NCBI GenBank assembly: GCA_018136815.1 | Contig: CM030932.1 | Coordinates: forward strand, 7,594,001-7,626,000 | Source of the DNA: Isochrysis galbana | Lineage: Eukaryota | Direction: 5' to 3' | DNA: 32,000 bases | Part shown: positions 22,076 to 31,999 of the stretch, piece after piece | Layout: each line of letters begins with the position of its first letter | Numbering within the stretch: position 1 is the stretch's first letter | Made by a program: the position numbers and the translations under genes | The notes under the pieces: model-generated | Database searches by the model: none | What the model saw: the letters and a program-made list of their open reading frames with translations, nothing else | Told to the model about the DNA's origin: nothing

Positions 22076-22816
22076 TCGATTGATCCACGTCACATCAATT
22101 CGCTCGAAAAGGTCCGCTCGTTTCTCGGTCTTTGTTCGTACTACCGTCGGTTCATCAAGGGCTTCGCGCACGTCGCGGCACCTCTCACCGACCTTACTCG
22201 TACGGGCGTCGACGTGGCTACCGTCTCTCAATCGCCTGAGTGCCAGACAGCGATCCGCCGCCTTATCGAGCTCATCACGTCTGCTCCAGTGTTGGCTGCG
22301 CCTCGTCACGACAAAGAGTTCATCGTCAAAACGGACGCGGCCAGTACCCTGGGTATCGGCGGAGTCCCGTCGCAAATTGACGACCACGGGCACGACCATG
22401 TCGTCGCGTACTACGGTCGCCGCCTCACCGCCGCGGAGCGTCATTGGACCACCACCGAAGTGGAGCTTCTTGCTGCCCTGGAAAGCATTCGCACTTGGCG
22501 ACCGTACCTTTGGGGCCGGCACTTCCGCCTCGTCATCGATCACCAAGCTCTCCGTTGGTTGCACACCATGAAGGACACCGTCCAGGGTGGGCCGGCGTCG
22601 AGCCTGATGCGATGGGCGCTCAAGTTGTCGGAGTATCGCTTTACCGTCGAACACAAACCTGGTGCTAATCACAAAGACGCAGATGGTGTGTCGCGCTTGG
22701 TGGCGGCAGACGACGAGACGTCGGAGACGTCCGCTCCTAAGCAGGGGGGTGGGCAGCTGCTAGCCGCCGTCGTCCCTAACTCTCGCTCCACCACGGCATC
22801 GGATGGTCAGCGATAA
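22076..22816 (+). mobile_element. Ty3/gypsy-like RT C-terminal end plus RNase H remnant
   Basis: SIDPRHINSLEKVRSFLGLCSYYRRFIKGFAHVAAPLTDLT...APVLAAPRHDKEFIVKTDAAS...VVAYYGRRLTAAERHWTTTEVELLAALESIRTWRPYLWGRHFRLVIDHQALRWL...RFTVEHKPGANHKDADGVSR. Confidence 0.93.
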
Positions 22817-23142
22817 CGTGTCTTCTTGCCTTGTTTAGTTATTAGTTAGGTAAAAAAAGAAGACGGGTGGTGCTAGAGCCAGGAGGGAAGAGGGAAGGGC
22901 CGCGGCTCGCCGCGCTCCGGCTCCGGCGAGAGTGATTCATTAGCGCTCTGGCTCTGGGCCCCTAGTTTCACGAGTGCCCCCCCCCCCCCCCCTGCGTTGT
23001 TTTTACCCGAAAGGGGTTTTCCCCTAGCGTGAACTCGAGGAGAGGACGCGTTGCGCGCTGGGGTACGTACGCAGTTACGTAGGGTCGGTGCGTGCACTGG
23101 AGGGGGGACAAATATCGAGGGGAGGTGGCACTGCCCCCTCCC

Positions 23143-23304
23143 CCCGGTATCACTCGGACACCTGGCTCGTCAGGCTCTAGCACGGCGGGATTCCGGGACT
23201 GAAACGTTGTGTCCAATTTAGTGGTTAGTGGGGTTGGAGTGTTGGGGTTGGGGTTGGGGTTGGGGTTGGGGTTGGGGTTGGCTAGGATATAACATTAATT
23301 ATTT
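23143..23304 (-). repeat. Inverted repeat, right arm, interrupted by a TTGGGG array
   Basis: Reverse complement aligns to 19555-19668 with a few mismatches. Confidence 0.88.
23241..23280 (+). repeat. (TTGGGG)n microsatellite
   Basis: gttggggttggggttggggttggggttggggttggggttg read directly. Confidence 0.95.
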
Positions 23305-23313
23305 CATTTATAG

Positions 23314-23398
23314 TCTTGTAGAGCGTAGAGCGTCTTGTTGGCTAGTATTCCTAGCCACATACACCGGACGAGCCATGCGCCAACCGACCGCGCACACC
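23314..23398 (+). repeat. Dispersed direct repeat, copy 2
   Basis: See copy at 18743-18826. Confidence 0.8.
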
Positions 23399-24411
23399 GG
23401 CCGATGGGTGCACACCAAGGTGCTCGACGATGGGCTGCAGCACCCGGCATGGGGCCAGCTGGGCTCGAGCGCAGCGCACTTCAACGTGAGCAACCTGCAT
23501 AGCCACGATGCCACCAGGCCGCCGCCGCGCTGCGCTGCCGCGCTGCGCGTGGTCCTACCAGCGCGGCAGCACTTCAGCCTCCGCACCGAAGCGCCGCTCA
23601 CCGGTGTGGCGCTCAGCGTGCAGGCGCGCCTGCTGCTCAGCTCTGCCGTGGCGTGCGAACGGCGGCCGCTTCCTGTCAAACCACCTTCAGCCGGCTGGCA
23701 ATGCGAGGCTCCAATCTGCCTGAGCCTCAGGCGCTCAGCAGATGGCGACGGCGCAGCGCGCTTCCTCCCACTGTGTTCAATGGGCAGCGTCTCGCCCAAC
23801 AAGTGGAGCAAGCTGAGCGCAGACGCGGCCATCTTCTTCCCTGGGTCCTCCAGGCGGGCTGGCGCCGCCGCTGTCGCGCTCGACGAGATTGTCTTTCTAG
23901 CCGGCTCTGCACCGGTGCACTTTGCTGTGGAGAGTCTGCTCATCCTATCCTCCGGTACACCTCCTCCGACACTGCCCTTCCCGGCTGCCCCCGTGATACC
24001 GACGACGAGAACCTCGCCGACACCAGGCTGGTGCCAGTACCTGTCCTCAGAGTACGGACGGGAGCCGCGGGCGCCCAAGCATGCACCGAGTGTTCCCGTG
24101 CCAAAAGCGCACAATTCGGCCCCTCGGGCCCCCTCCTCGCTGGGTATCAGCTCCTCGGCTGTTACAAGGAGCGGCTTATCAAGGAAGAAGAGTGTCAGCG
24201 GGGGCGGGACCGCCCGGCCCACCTTGGGGCTGCCGCTGCCACCTGAGGACGTCCACAAGGCAGCCGCGACCAAGGCCCACACTTCTCACAAAACTCATCG
24301 CCATAAGCCAAGCAAGCAGGGCGGCACCGCTTCGGACGTGCGCCGTCGCCTCGAGCAAGCTACCTCATCGCCTGTGAAGGCGCGCACGATGCGGACTCCC
24401 CTTCGATTATG

Positions 24412-25687
24412 TGCCATGGACGGCGATCACTTGCTCGGCCGCTGGGTGCGCAACTGCCAGCCGTCGTTGATCCGGCAGCCCGAGAGGTATGCCTACGGCG
24501 CGCCGCTAGGGTGGACCAACGGCAGTTGGGACTTCCGACTTTGCTCGCGCATGTCATACTCTGAACGCGTTCGTGCGCGCGAAGCGCTCTCGTGGAGTTG
24601 GGTTCCACGCCACTGTCAGCTGCGCCGCATCAATGGCTCGGAGTTTGGGCCCTGGTTGGGAGCTCGTACCCTACTCGTGTGGGGCGACTCACTGAGCGCG
24701 CAGGCATACTTTTCGCTTCTTGCGCTGCTGGGGGCGGAGGTGATTGCCGTGACGGATTTGGGTACCACCGAGGAGTTTTTACGCTTCGTTGGCATGATGG
24801 GCAGCGGCGGCCAGCAGCAGGCAGAAGTGGCAGGGCACGGGAGCGGGACGTTGTCGGGTGCGGCTGGTGCGGCTCTTGGCGCGCCGTCAGAGGGTTTGCT
24901 AGGGGTGCGCACCTCCGGGAGCATGTGCAGTTATGGCGGTCTCGGGGAAGAGGGAGGCCTGATAACGGTCGCGCAGCTGAGGTCAGGAGGCGTGCTCATC
25001 AAACTTCTCGGCCACGCGCCCATGGTCGAGGAGTTGGGCAGACCACTGACGGAGATACAGGCAGGAGCCGCGGGGGAGCCTGCCTGGTGGGAGAGCCTCT
25101 TGAATTTGGCAGACCTGTTCGTCTTCAATGTTGGCCATCACTACCGTGCCATTGACAGCCGATACGCTAATTACGCCGAGCTCGTGGCGAATGGCCTCAC
25201 GCGGCTAGCGAAGCGGCTGAAGCCGAATGCGCAGCTCATATTCCGGACTTCCAACTTGGGTCACGTGGCCTGCGAGCGCTCAGCAGCGCCGTTGCACCAC
25301 CGTTCCGATGCATGGCGGTCGCTTGGAGGGTGGACCTGGCGACCCCCCACCTTTCAGCCCAAGTATTTTGGTCAACCGAGGGAGGGCGAGCCGGACATCT
25401 ATGACTGGCGAGCCCCCGCGCTGCACGAAGGCGCCTGGCTCAAGGCTGCAGCAGCGGTCGGTGGCACCTTTCCTGAGCGCTTCACCGTCCTCAACGTCTC
25501 GCATGTCGATCTGCGGGCGGATGGTCATGTCGCCAAGGCGATGGCGGCCCACTCCGACCCCACCAAGGCGACCAAAGGCGCCGACTGCTTGCACTACTGC
25601 TTGCCTGGCCCGGCGGATGCGTGGGCCCATGCGCTCGTCAACTTGCTCCTCAACAACGAGAGATACGCCCACAAGATACCTAATTGA
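24412..25687 (+). CDS. PC-esterase / trichome birefringence-like (GDSL-type) protein; N-terminal extent uncertain
   Basis: LLGRWVRNC, YGAPLGWTNGSWDFRLCSRMSY, TLLVWGDSLSAQAYFSLLALLG, FVFNVGHHY, and C-terminal DCLHYCLPGPADAWAHALVNLLL, in the 3' half of ORF 23228..25687. Confidence 0.75.
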
Positions 25688-25920
25688 TTGGTTAGATATG
25701 TAAACCCGCTCGAACTTCTATAATTCCTCCCATTTCGGTTGCCAGCAGCTGACATGGGCCTTGCTCATGATGCTCATCGCCTCTATCTAGCCAAGATAGC
25801 ACCATAGCTCTCCCGACTGCCTGAAGCATTGCGCTCGCAGTCGCCCCTAAGTCATTTAGGCTACTACCGCTAGCTATAAAGACCACGCACTCACGGTACC
25901 GACTCACGCCATCGCCTATA

Positions 25921-27160
25921 CCACCAACCCTTGTCTGTGATATTGAAGCCGAGTACAATCGAGGATTCATACAAGGGCATCAGAGCGGCTTCTCCGTAGG
26001 CTACACACAAGGCCACACACAAGCACTCCAACAATGGCAAGGAGATGACTCTGTAGGACGTCAGCAGAGGGATCCTGGCGGTCTTGAGCAAGGGTGTCTT
26101 CAAGGTCTCGACCAATGGCGACAAGAAGGGCTCCAAAAAGGGCGACAAGAAGGTCTAGAGCAAGGGCGACAAGAAGGGCTCCAAAAAGGGCACCATGAAG
26201 GGCTCCAAAAAGGGCGACAAGAAGGTCTAGAGCAAGGGCGACAAGAAGGTCTCGACCAAGGGCGACAAGAAGGTCTCGACCAAGGGCGACAAGAAGGTTT
26301 CGACCAAGGGCGACAAGAAGGACTCCACAAAGGGCACCAAGAAGGACTCCACAAAGGGCACCAAGAAGGACTTGAGCAAGGACGTCTTCAAGGTCTTGAC
26401 CAAGGGCGACAAGAAGGTCTCGACCAAGGGCGACAAGAAGGTTTCGACCAAGGGCGACAAGAAGGACTCCACAAAGGGCACCAAGAAGGACTCCACAAAG
26501 GGCACCAAGAAGGACTTGAGCAAGGGCGTCTTCAAGGTCTCGACCAAGGGCGCCAAGAAGGACTCCACAAAGGGCACCAAGAAGGACTCCACAAAGGGCA
26601 CCAAGAAGGACTCCACAAAGGGCACCAAGAAGGACTTGAGCAAGGGCGTCTTCAAGGTCTCGACCAAGGGCGCCAAGAAGGACTCCACAAAGGGCACCAA
26701 GAAGGACTTGAGCAAGGGCGTCTTCAAGGTCTCGACCAAGGGCGCCAAGAAGGACTCCACAAAGGGCACCAAGAAGGACTCCACAAAGGGCACCAAGAAG
26801 GACTCCACAAAGGGCACCAAGAAGGACTTGAGCAAGGGCGTCTTCAAGGTCTCGAACAAGGGCATCTTCAAGGTCTCGAGCAAGGGTGCCAAGAAGGACT
26901 CCAAAAAGGGCACAAAGAAGGGCTCCGAAAAGGGCACCAAGAAGGGCTCCAAAAAGGGCACCAAGAAGGGCTCCAAAAAGGGCACCAAGAAGGACTTGAG
27001 CAAGGGCGACTAGAAGGTCTAGACCAAGGGCGACAAGAAGGTCTCGACCAATGGGCAGTGGGTGGAAGGGCTCTTGGATCCGAATGTGTGGTGTTATCAT
27101 TCCAAAGTGCACCTAACTGCCCATCCCAGAAACTACCCAGCAACTATTAACTGCCCAATC
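25921..27160 (+). pseudogene. 5'-truncated copy of the octapeptide-repeat tail of the 27978-29549 gene
   Basis: 25921 onward matches 28482 onward (offset 2561): ccaccaacccttgtctgtgatattgaagccga...gaggattcatacaagggcatcagagcggcttctcc. Frame encodes YNRGFIQGHQSGFSVGYTQGHTQALQQWQGDDSVGRQQRDPGG followed by QEGL repeats, with no upstream ankyrin segment and no ATG. Confidence 0.75.
26100..27055 (+). repeat. 24-bp tandem repeat array 1
   Basis: Variants of caagaaggactccacaaagggcac and caagaaggtctcgaccaagggcga. Confidence 0.93.
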
Positions 27161-27429
27161 AAACTATCAACTGCCCACCAACGGATAGACTGCCCACCAA
27201 CTGATAGACTACCCACCAACTGCTCATCTGTCGACTTCTCAATCTCCGAGGTACCTCCGTCGGGGGGGAAGCAAAGGGGGGTGGGGGTAAAGCAAGGGAG
27301 GAGGGGGGGAGCAAAGGGGGTGGGGGTAAAGCAGGGGAAGGGGGGGGGAGTAGGAGGGAGCAACCAGTAGCAAAGAAAACAACCCCCCCCCACCCCTTTG
27401 TTTTCCCCCCCCTGCTTCCGCACCCTCCA

Positions 27430-27960
27430 TTTGCCTCTCCTGGCGCCTTTGCCTCTCTTGCTCCCTCGCCTTTCTCCTGTCCTCTTGTCCTCTTGCTCCC
27501 TCGCCTTTGCCTCTCCTGGCGCCTTTGCCTGCTGTCCTCTTGCTCCCTCGCCGTTACCTCTGCTGACGCCGTTGCCTCTCCTGTCCTCTTGTTCCCTCGC
27601 CTTTGCCTCTCCTGACGTCTTTGCCTCTCCTGTCCTCTTGCTCCCTCGCCTTTGCCTCTCCTGTCCTCTTGCTCCCTCCCTCGCCTTTGCCTCTCCTGTC
27701 CTCTTGTTCCCTCGCTTTCGCCTCCTCCTGACGCCTTTGCCTCTACTGTCCTCTTCCTCTGTCCCTCTTGCTCCCTCACCTTTCTCCTGTCCTCTTGTTC
27801 CCTCGCCTTTGCCTCCTCCTGACGTCTTTGCCTCTACTGTCCTCTTCCTCTGTCCCTCTTGCTCCCTCACCTTTCTCCTGTCCTCTTGTTCCCTCGCATT
27901 TGCCTCCTCCTGACGTCTTTGCCTCTCCTTTCCTCTTCCTCCCTCGCCCTTACCAGTCGT
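27430..27960. repeat. CT-rich minisatellite built from cctcttgctccctcgcctttgcctctcctgt-like units
   Basis: Repeated units read directly, with some longer units containing tgacgtctttgcctc. Confidence 0.88.
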
Positions 27961-27977
27961 TGCCTCCATTCTGCAGC

Positions 27978-29549
27978 ATGAGCAATGCTCCTCCATGCTG
28001 TGCTCTCCTCCTGAATGGTCTGCTTGAGGGTAGTCCAATAGCACCAACCAAGTTCATGGAAGAGATGCGAATGCTATATACCATTGCTTCCGAAAAGTAT
28101 ACACCATTGATGATTGCTGCCTACTTGGGTCATTCCAATTGTGTGGCAACACTCCTTCGATTTGCTCCATTGGGGTACATGAACATGAAGAGTACTCTCT
28201 GGGGGAAGACCGCCTTGATACTCGCAGTCGAGCGTGGTCATCTTCCATGTGTCAAACATCTTGCGGCACAATGGAATGCTCCATTGGATCAGATGGACAA
28301 CATGAAGAACACCCCATTAATGTATGCCTGCCTACGTGGCGATGTCGAGATGGTCGATCTATTACAGCACTATGGGGCAACCATCGACCAGACGACTGCC
28401 TGTCAATGTCTCAACAATTCCATGAGCCAACGTACAGCTCATCTACATGACATCTCCAATCTCCTACGTGTTGTATGGACTCCACCAACCCTTGTCTGTG
28501 ATATTGAAGCCGAATACAATCGAGGATTCATACAAGGGCATCAGAGCGGCTTCTCCATAGGCTACTCACAAGGCCACACACAAGCACTCCAACAATGGCA
28601 AGGAGATGACTCTGTAGGACGTCAGCAGAGGGATCCTGGCGGTTTTGAGCAAGGGCGTCTTCAAGGTCTCGACCAAGGGCGACAAGAAGGGCTCCAAAAA
28701 GGGCACCAAGAAGGGCTCCAAAAAGGGCACCAAGAAGGGCTCCAAAAAGGGCGTCTTCAAGGTCTCGACCAAGGGCGACAAGAAGGGCACAAAGAAGGAC
28801 TTGAGCAAGGGCGACAAGAAGGTCTAGTCCAAGGGCGACAAGAAGGGCTCCACAAAGGGCACCAAGAAGGACTTGAGCAAGGGCGACAAGAAGGTCTAGA
28901 CCAAGGGCGACAAGAAGGACTCCACAAAGGGCACCAAGAAGGACTCCACAAAGGGCACCAAGAAGGACTTGAGCAAGGGCGTCTTCAAGGTCTCGAACAA
29001 GGGCGCCAAGAAGGACTCCACAAAGGGCACCAAGAAGGACTCCAAAAAGGGCACCAAGAAGGACTTGAGCAAGGGCGTCTTCAAGGTCTCGAACAAGGGC
29101 GCCAAGAAGGACTCCACAAAGGGCACCAAGAAGGACTCCAAAAAGGGCACCAAGAAGGACTTGAGCAAGGGCGACAAGAAGGTCTCGAACAAGGGCGCCA
29201 AGAAGGACTCCACAAAGGGCACCAAGAAGGACTCCACAAGGGGTACCAAGAAGGACTTGAGCAAGGGCGTCTTCAAGGTCTCGAACAAGGGCGTCTTCAA
29301 GGTCGCCAAGAAGGACTCCAAAAAGGGCGCCAAGAAGGACTTGAGCAAGGGCGTCCATGCCCGCAAGAACATCTCTGCTGGTCTCACAAGATCAATCAAC
29401 GTGATGCTCTTCTACCAGCCTCAGGTCATGCTCGTACACAGACGATACAACAACTTGATCGTCAAACCATTCTTGCCATGATATTGGAAGACCAGCACAT
29501 TCAAAAGCTGGTAGAAATTCAATCTCAAAGACTGTACAGACTATACTAG
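27978..29549 (+). CDS. Ankyrin-like protein with long 8-aa repeat tail (QEGLHKGH / QEGLEQGR / LQGLDQGR)
   Basis: ORF 27768..29549 with an ATG at 27978: YTPLMIAAYLGHSNCVATLLRF, KTALILAVERGHLPCVKHLAA, NTPLMYACLRGDVEMVDLLQHYGATID, then repeats and unique tail RQTILAMILEDQHIQKLVEIQSQRLYRLY. Confidence 0.75.
   Translation: MSNAPPCCALLLNGLLEGSPIAPTKFMEEMRMLYTIASEKYTPLMIAAYLGHSNCVATLLRFAPLGYMNMKSTLWGKTALILAVERGHLPCVKHLAAQWNAPLDQMDNMKNTPLMYACLRGDVEMVDLLQHYGATIDQTTACQCLNNSMSQRTAHLHDISNLLRVVWTPPTLVCDIEAEYNRGFIQGHQSGFSIGYSQGHTQALQQWQGDDSVGRQQRDPGGFEQGRLQGLDQGRQEGLQKGHQEGLQKGHQEGLQKGRLQGLDQGRQEGHKEGLEQGRQEGLVQGRQEGLHKGHQEGLEQGRQEGLDQGRQEGLHKGHQEGLHKGHQEGLEQGRLQGLEQGRQEGLHKGHQEGLQKGHQEGLEQGRLQGLEQGRQEGLHKGHQEGLQKGHQEGLEQGRQEGLEQGRQEGLHKGHQEGLHKGYQEGLEQGRLQGLEQGRLQGRQEGLQKGRQEGLEQGRPCPQEHLCWSHKINQRDALLPASGHARTQTIQQLDRQTILAMILEDQHIQKLVEIQSQRLYRLY
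28650..29360 (+). repeat. 24-bp tandem repeat array 2, coding
   Basis: Same unit family as array 1, inside the ORF. Confidence 0.93.
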
Positions 29550-29608
29550 GGAGACAAATACAGCAGAGCATTTAGGGTCTGTGCGAAAAGGTATCACAGT
29601 AGGAAATC

Positions 29609-30045
29609 ATGGATCTCCGGGCACGTGGAGCAATCACCGCCGCAGTCACTTCCCTACTGCCCCTTACCGGCGGTAGACCCAGAGCGGATGTCAACCAAAT
29701 GCTCGACAAGATGTGCCATATCCTATGGACAGGAGCACCATGGAGGTCCCTTGGTTCCGGGTACAGCACCGTACATGGCACATTCCTCAAATGGAGCAGG
29801 GTGGGCGTCTTCGAGACAGCATACAGAGCACTCCTCAGGCTAGAGAGGAGACGGACGCCACGAAGGGGCGTATTCCATTGTATCGATTCCACATTTGTCA
29901 AAAGTATCTACGGACGTGATTGTAATTGGCCGAAACCCGACTGATCGAGGAAGGATGACCACCAAAGTATCCGCCCTTGTGGACCAAGATGGGATTCCAC
30001 TCTCGCTTCGCTTCTTTCCTGAGTTAATTCCGAATCGACATAAGC
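29609..30045 (+). pseudogene. IS5/DUF4096-like transposase fragment, frameshifted
   Basis: QMLDKMCHILWTGAPWRSLGSGYSTVHGTFLKWSRVGVFETAYRALL...HCIDSTFVKSIYGRDCNWPKPD*, continued in the next frame as GRNPTDRGRMTTKVSALVDQDGIPLSLRFFPELIPNRHKL. Confidence 0.7.
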
Positions 30046-30200
30046 TTTGATTGTACGAAGCAGATCATCACGACTCATATTGATGATTGTTTTCGCAGTG
30101 AATTTATTGCTCAAGGGAGTGTGTATCATATAAATCAGCCTCGCAAATGGCATGTAAGGTGTCTTTAATGTTCGTATTGTGCTTGAAACTTGAAATCGAA

Positions 30201-30485
30201 TTAACTGAATAAGGACTTACATTCGAAAGTGTACGTCCACAAATTTGGGTTCGACTCAAGCAGCCTCCTCAGGGAGTTGTTGCTCCCCCCCGGGTTGACC
30301 CCAACCGGCGGCGGCGGACTGATGCTGCCCAATGCTTCCGCAATAACCTGCATGGCAGATTTGGAAGTGCCATATGGCGGAAAGAGAGGTGTGATGAATT
30401 TTTTAAAGTTATCGTCCATCTTTTTTATGATCCATTGCAATCGCTTGCGTATTACATCATCAGCCACCATTCCATTTATAGACAT
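30201..30485 (-). CDS. Hypothetical small protein
   Basis: 94-aa ORF with balanced composition (MSINGMVADDVIRKRLQWIIKKMDDNFKKFITPLFPPYG...); no family recognised. Confidence 0.25.
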   Translation of the reverse strand: MSINGMVADDVIRKRLQWIIKKMDDNFKKFITPLFPPYGTSKSAMQVIAEALGSISPPPPVGVNPGGSNNSLRRLLESNPNLWTYTFECKSLFS

Positions 30486-31716
30486 GGTTGAGCACTGTGA
30501 GGTGGGTGCCTTTGCTTAAATACTAGACGATTTTTTTGGTACCGGCGCATCGCGTATTTGGAAACGAGGGGTACCAAATGAAGGCAAACGACCTAGAAGA
30601 CACTTTATCGCCAGAGGGGAGAGATGCCGCTCCCCCCTCCTCTCCCTCTTCCCTCTTCCTCCTCTCTTCCCTGCGGCTCGGGCCCATGGCGCGCGCCTGC
30701 GGCCGCTCTTCAGGTCCCCGGATGGCCTGTCGGGGCCTGGGAGCATAGCTCAGGGGGCAGGTGACAGGTGAGGCGTGAGGCTGGTGCATGGCCCTAGCCC
30801 CTCCTGCCTCTCCCTCGCTGGCGCTCCGCGCCGCTGCAAGTCGACTAGAGCTGGCTTGGGGCTCTTGATCAGGGGGGCCCAGGGGGAGGAGGGGTTGGTC
30901 AAAGCGATGGGCTGGCCACGACAGGCCACGGCGAGCGAATCAGGCGAACCTATGGGGGAGGAGTGGGTCAGCAGGGCAGTTTGCTCTTGGCAAGCCATAA
31001 GGCATGCCAGGAGGGTGGGTGGTGCCTCCCCCCACAGCAGGGGAGGAGTGGAGAGAGGGGAGGCTCGTGCCCCCCATAGGTGACCTAAGTATGAACTTAG
31101 TTGTATTTATGAACCATAAGACCCTATCGGCAAAGCACTTGCTAAATGGAGGAGCTATGACGGTGGGGTCACAGGGCTCACAGATGTCTAGCAGCTGATT
31201 GCTCAAGCAACTTGGCGTTTTGCTGAAGCTCTAGATACGCTCTCGCACATCAACAGGGAGCGTGTGTTGTGGGCATCCCATCTGCCCCATCACCTCCTTC
31301 CTTCGGCTGGCGAAAGGCGCACAGCCCGCAGTAGGCGACGACGGCTCCTTGCCCGACGCGCAGCGCGATGGGCCATTGGCGCCCCACGGCGCATCCCGCG
31401 GGGTTGGGGGAGCCTCCATCGTGCGGATGTCTTGCGCCGCGCTAGTGCCTTGATGCATCGCCCATAGGCATCCTACAACGCAGACCGTGACGTGCGGCGC
31501 CCGGGGGCGCCACAGAGTAGGCGGAGGCGACGCAGATCTGTACTCTGCGATAGCTGTGTTCATCCATGCCGAGACGGGCGTGTACATCCGGTTTGAGTAG
31601 CCTCTGCCACCACTCCCTCCGTCAACATCGGGATTATTTCCAAAGCAAACCAGCGGACGCTCCTCCCCTCCTGCGCCCGCCACATACTTTACTCCACGTT
31701 GCTCACTCGACAAAGC

Positions 31717-31999
31717 CTATGATGACTGAAACGTCCTCACACCAGGGCGGACAACACCGCGACCACCGGCAGCTGCCGGAACCGTGAACAAGGCCTCTTT
31801 GCGCTGAATGACGGGCGGTTTTTTGCAGTCCTTGACATAGGGCTTGTATTCTTCGCCTGCCACCCAAGTGCGCATGAACTCGTACGCAGCTGCTGGCTTC
31901 ATCTGCGGCACCATATGCCCCGAGCCGCGAATCGTCAAGTAGTCGAGCCGCTGATCCCCATAGCGTGTGACGTAGCCTCCCATCCGGCGGCAGCCATCG
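31717..31999 (-). CDS. Serine carboxypeptidase (S10) C-terminal part with catalytic His; rest lies beyond the right edge
   Basis: MGGYVTRYGDQRLDYLTIRGSGHMVPQMKPAAAYEFMRTWV. Confidence 0.85.
   Translation of the reverse strand, partial: DGCRRMGGYVTRYGDQRLDYLTIRGSGHMVPQMKPAAAYEFMRTWVAGEEYKPYVKDCKKPPVIQRKEALFTVPAAAGGRGVVRPGVRTFQSS

Noticed and set aside
22977-22992. Run of 16 C as a functional element
   Set aside because: Simple homopolymer, also a likely sequencing or assembly weak point.
23241-23280. Telomere or chromosome end
   Set aside because: Only about 40 bp, internal, and flanked by coding and repeat sequence on both sides.
26100-27055. CRISPR-like array
   Set aside because: Contiguous 24-bp tandem coding units with no unique spacers and no cas genes.
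25967-27112. 381-aa minus-strand protein
   Set aside because: Generated by the stop-free 24-bp repeat; no unique flanking protein sequence.
27159-28047. Minus-strand ORFs of 206 and 304 aa (EQEGQRKRTVEAK...)
   Set aside because: Arise from the CT-rich minisatellite and G-rich tract; low-complexity composition and overlap with the ankyrin ATG region.
28528-29358. 276-aa minus-strand protein
   Set aside because: Same repeat artefact as array 1.
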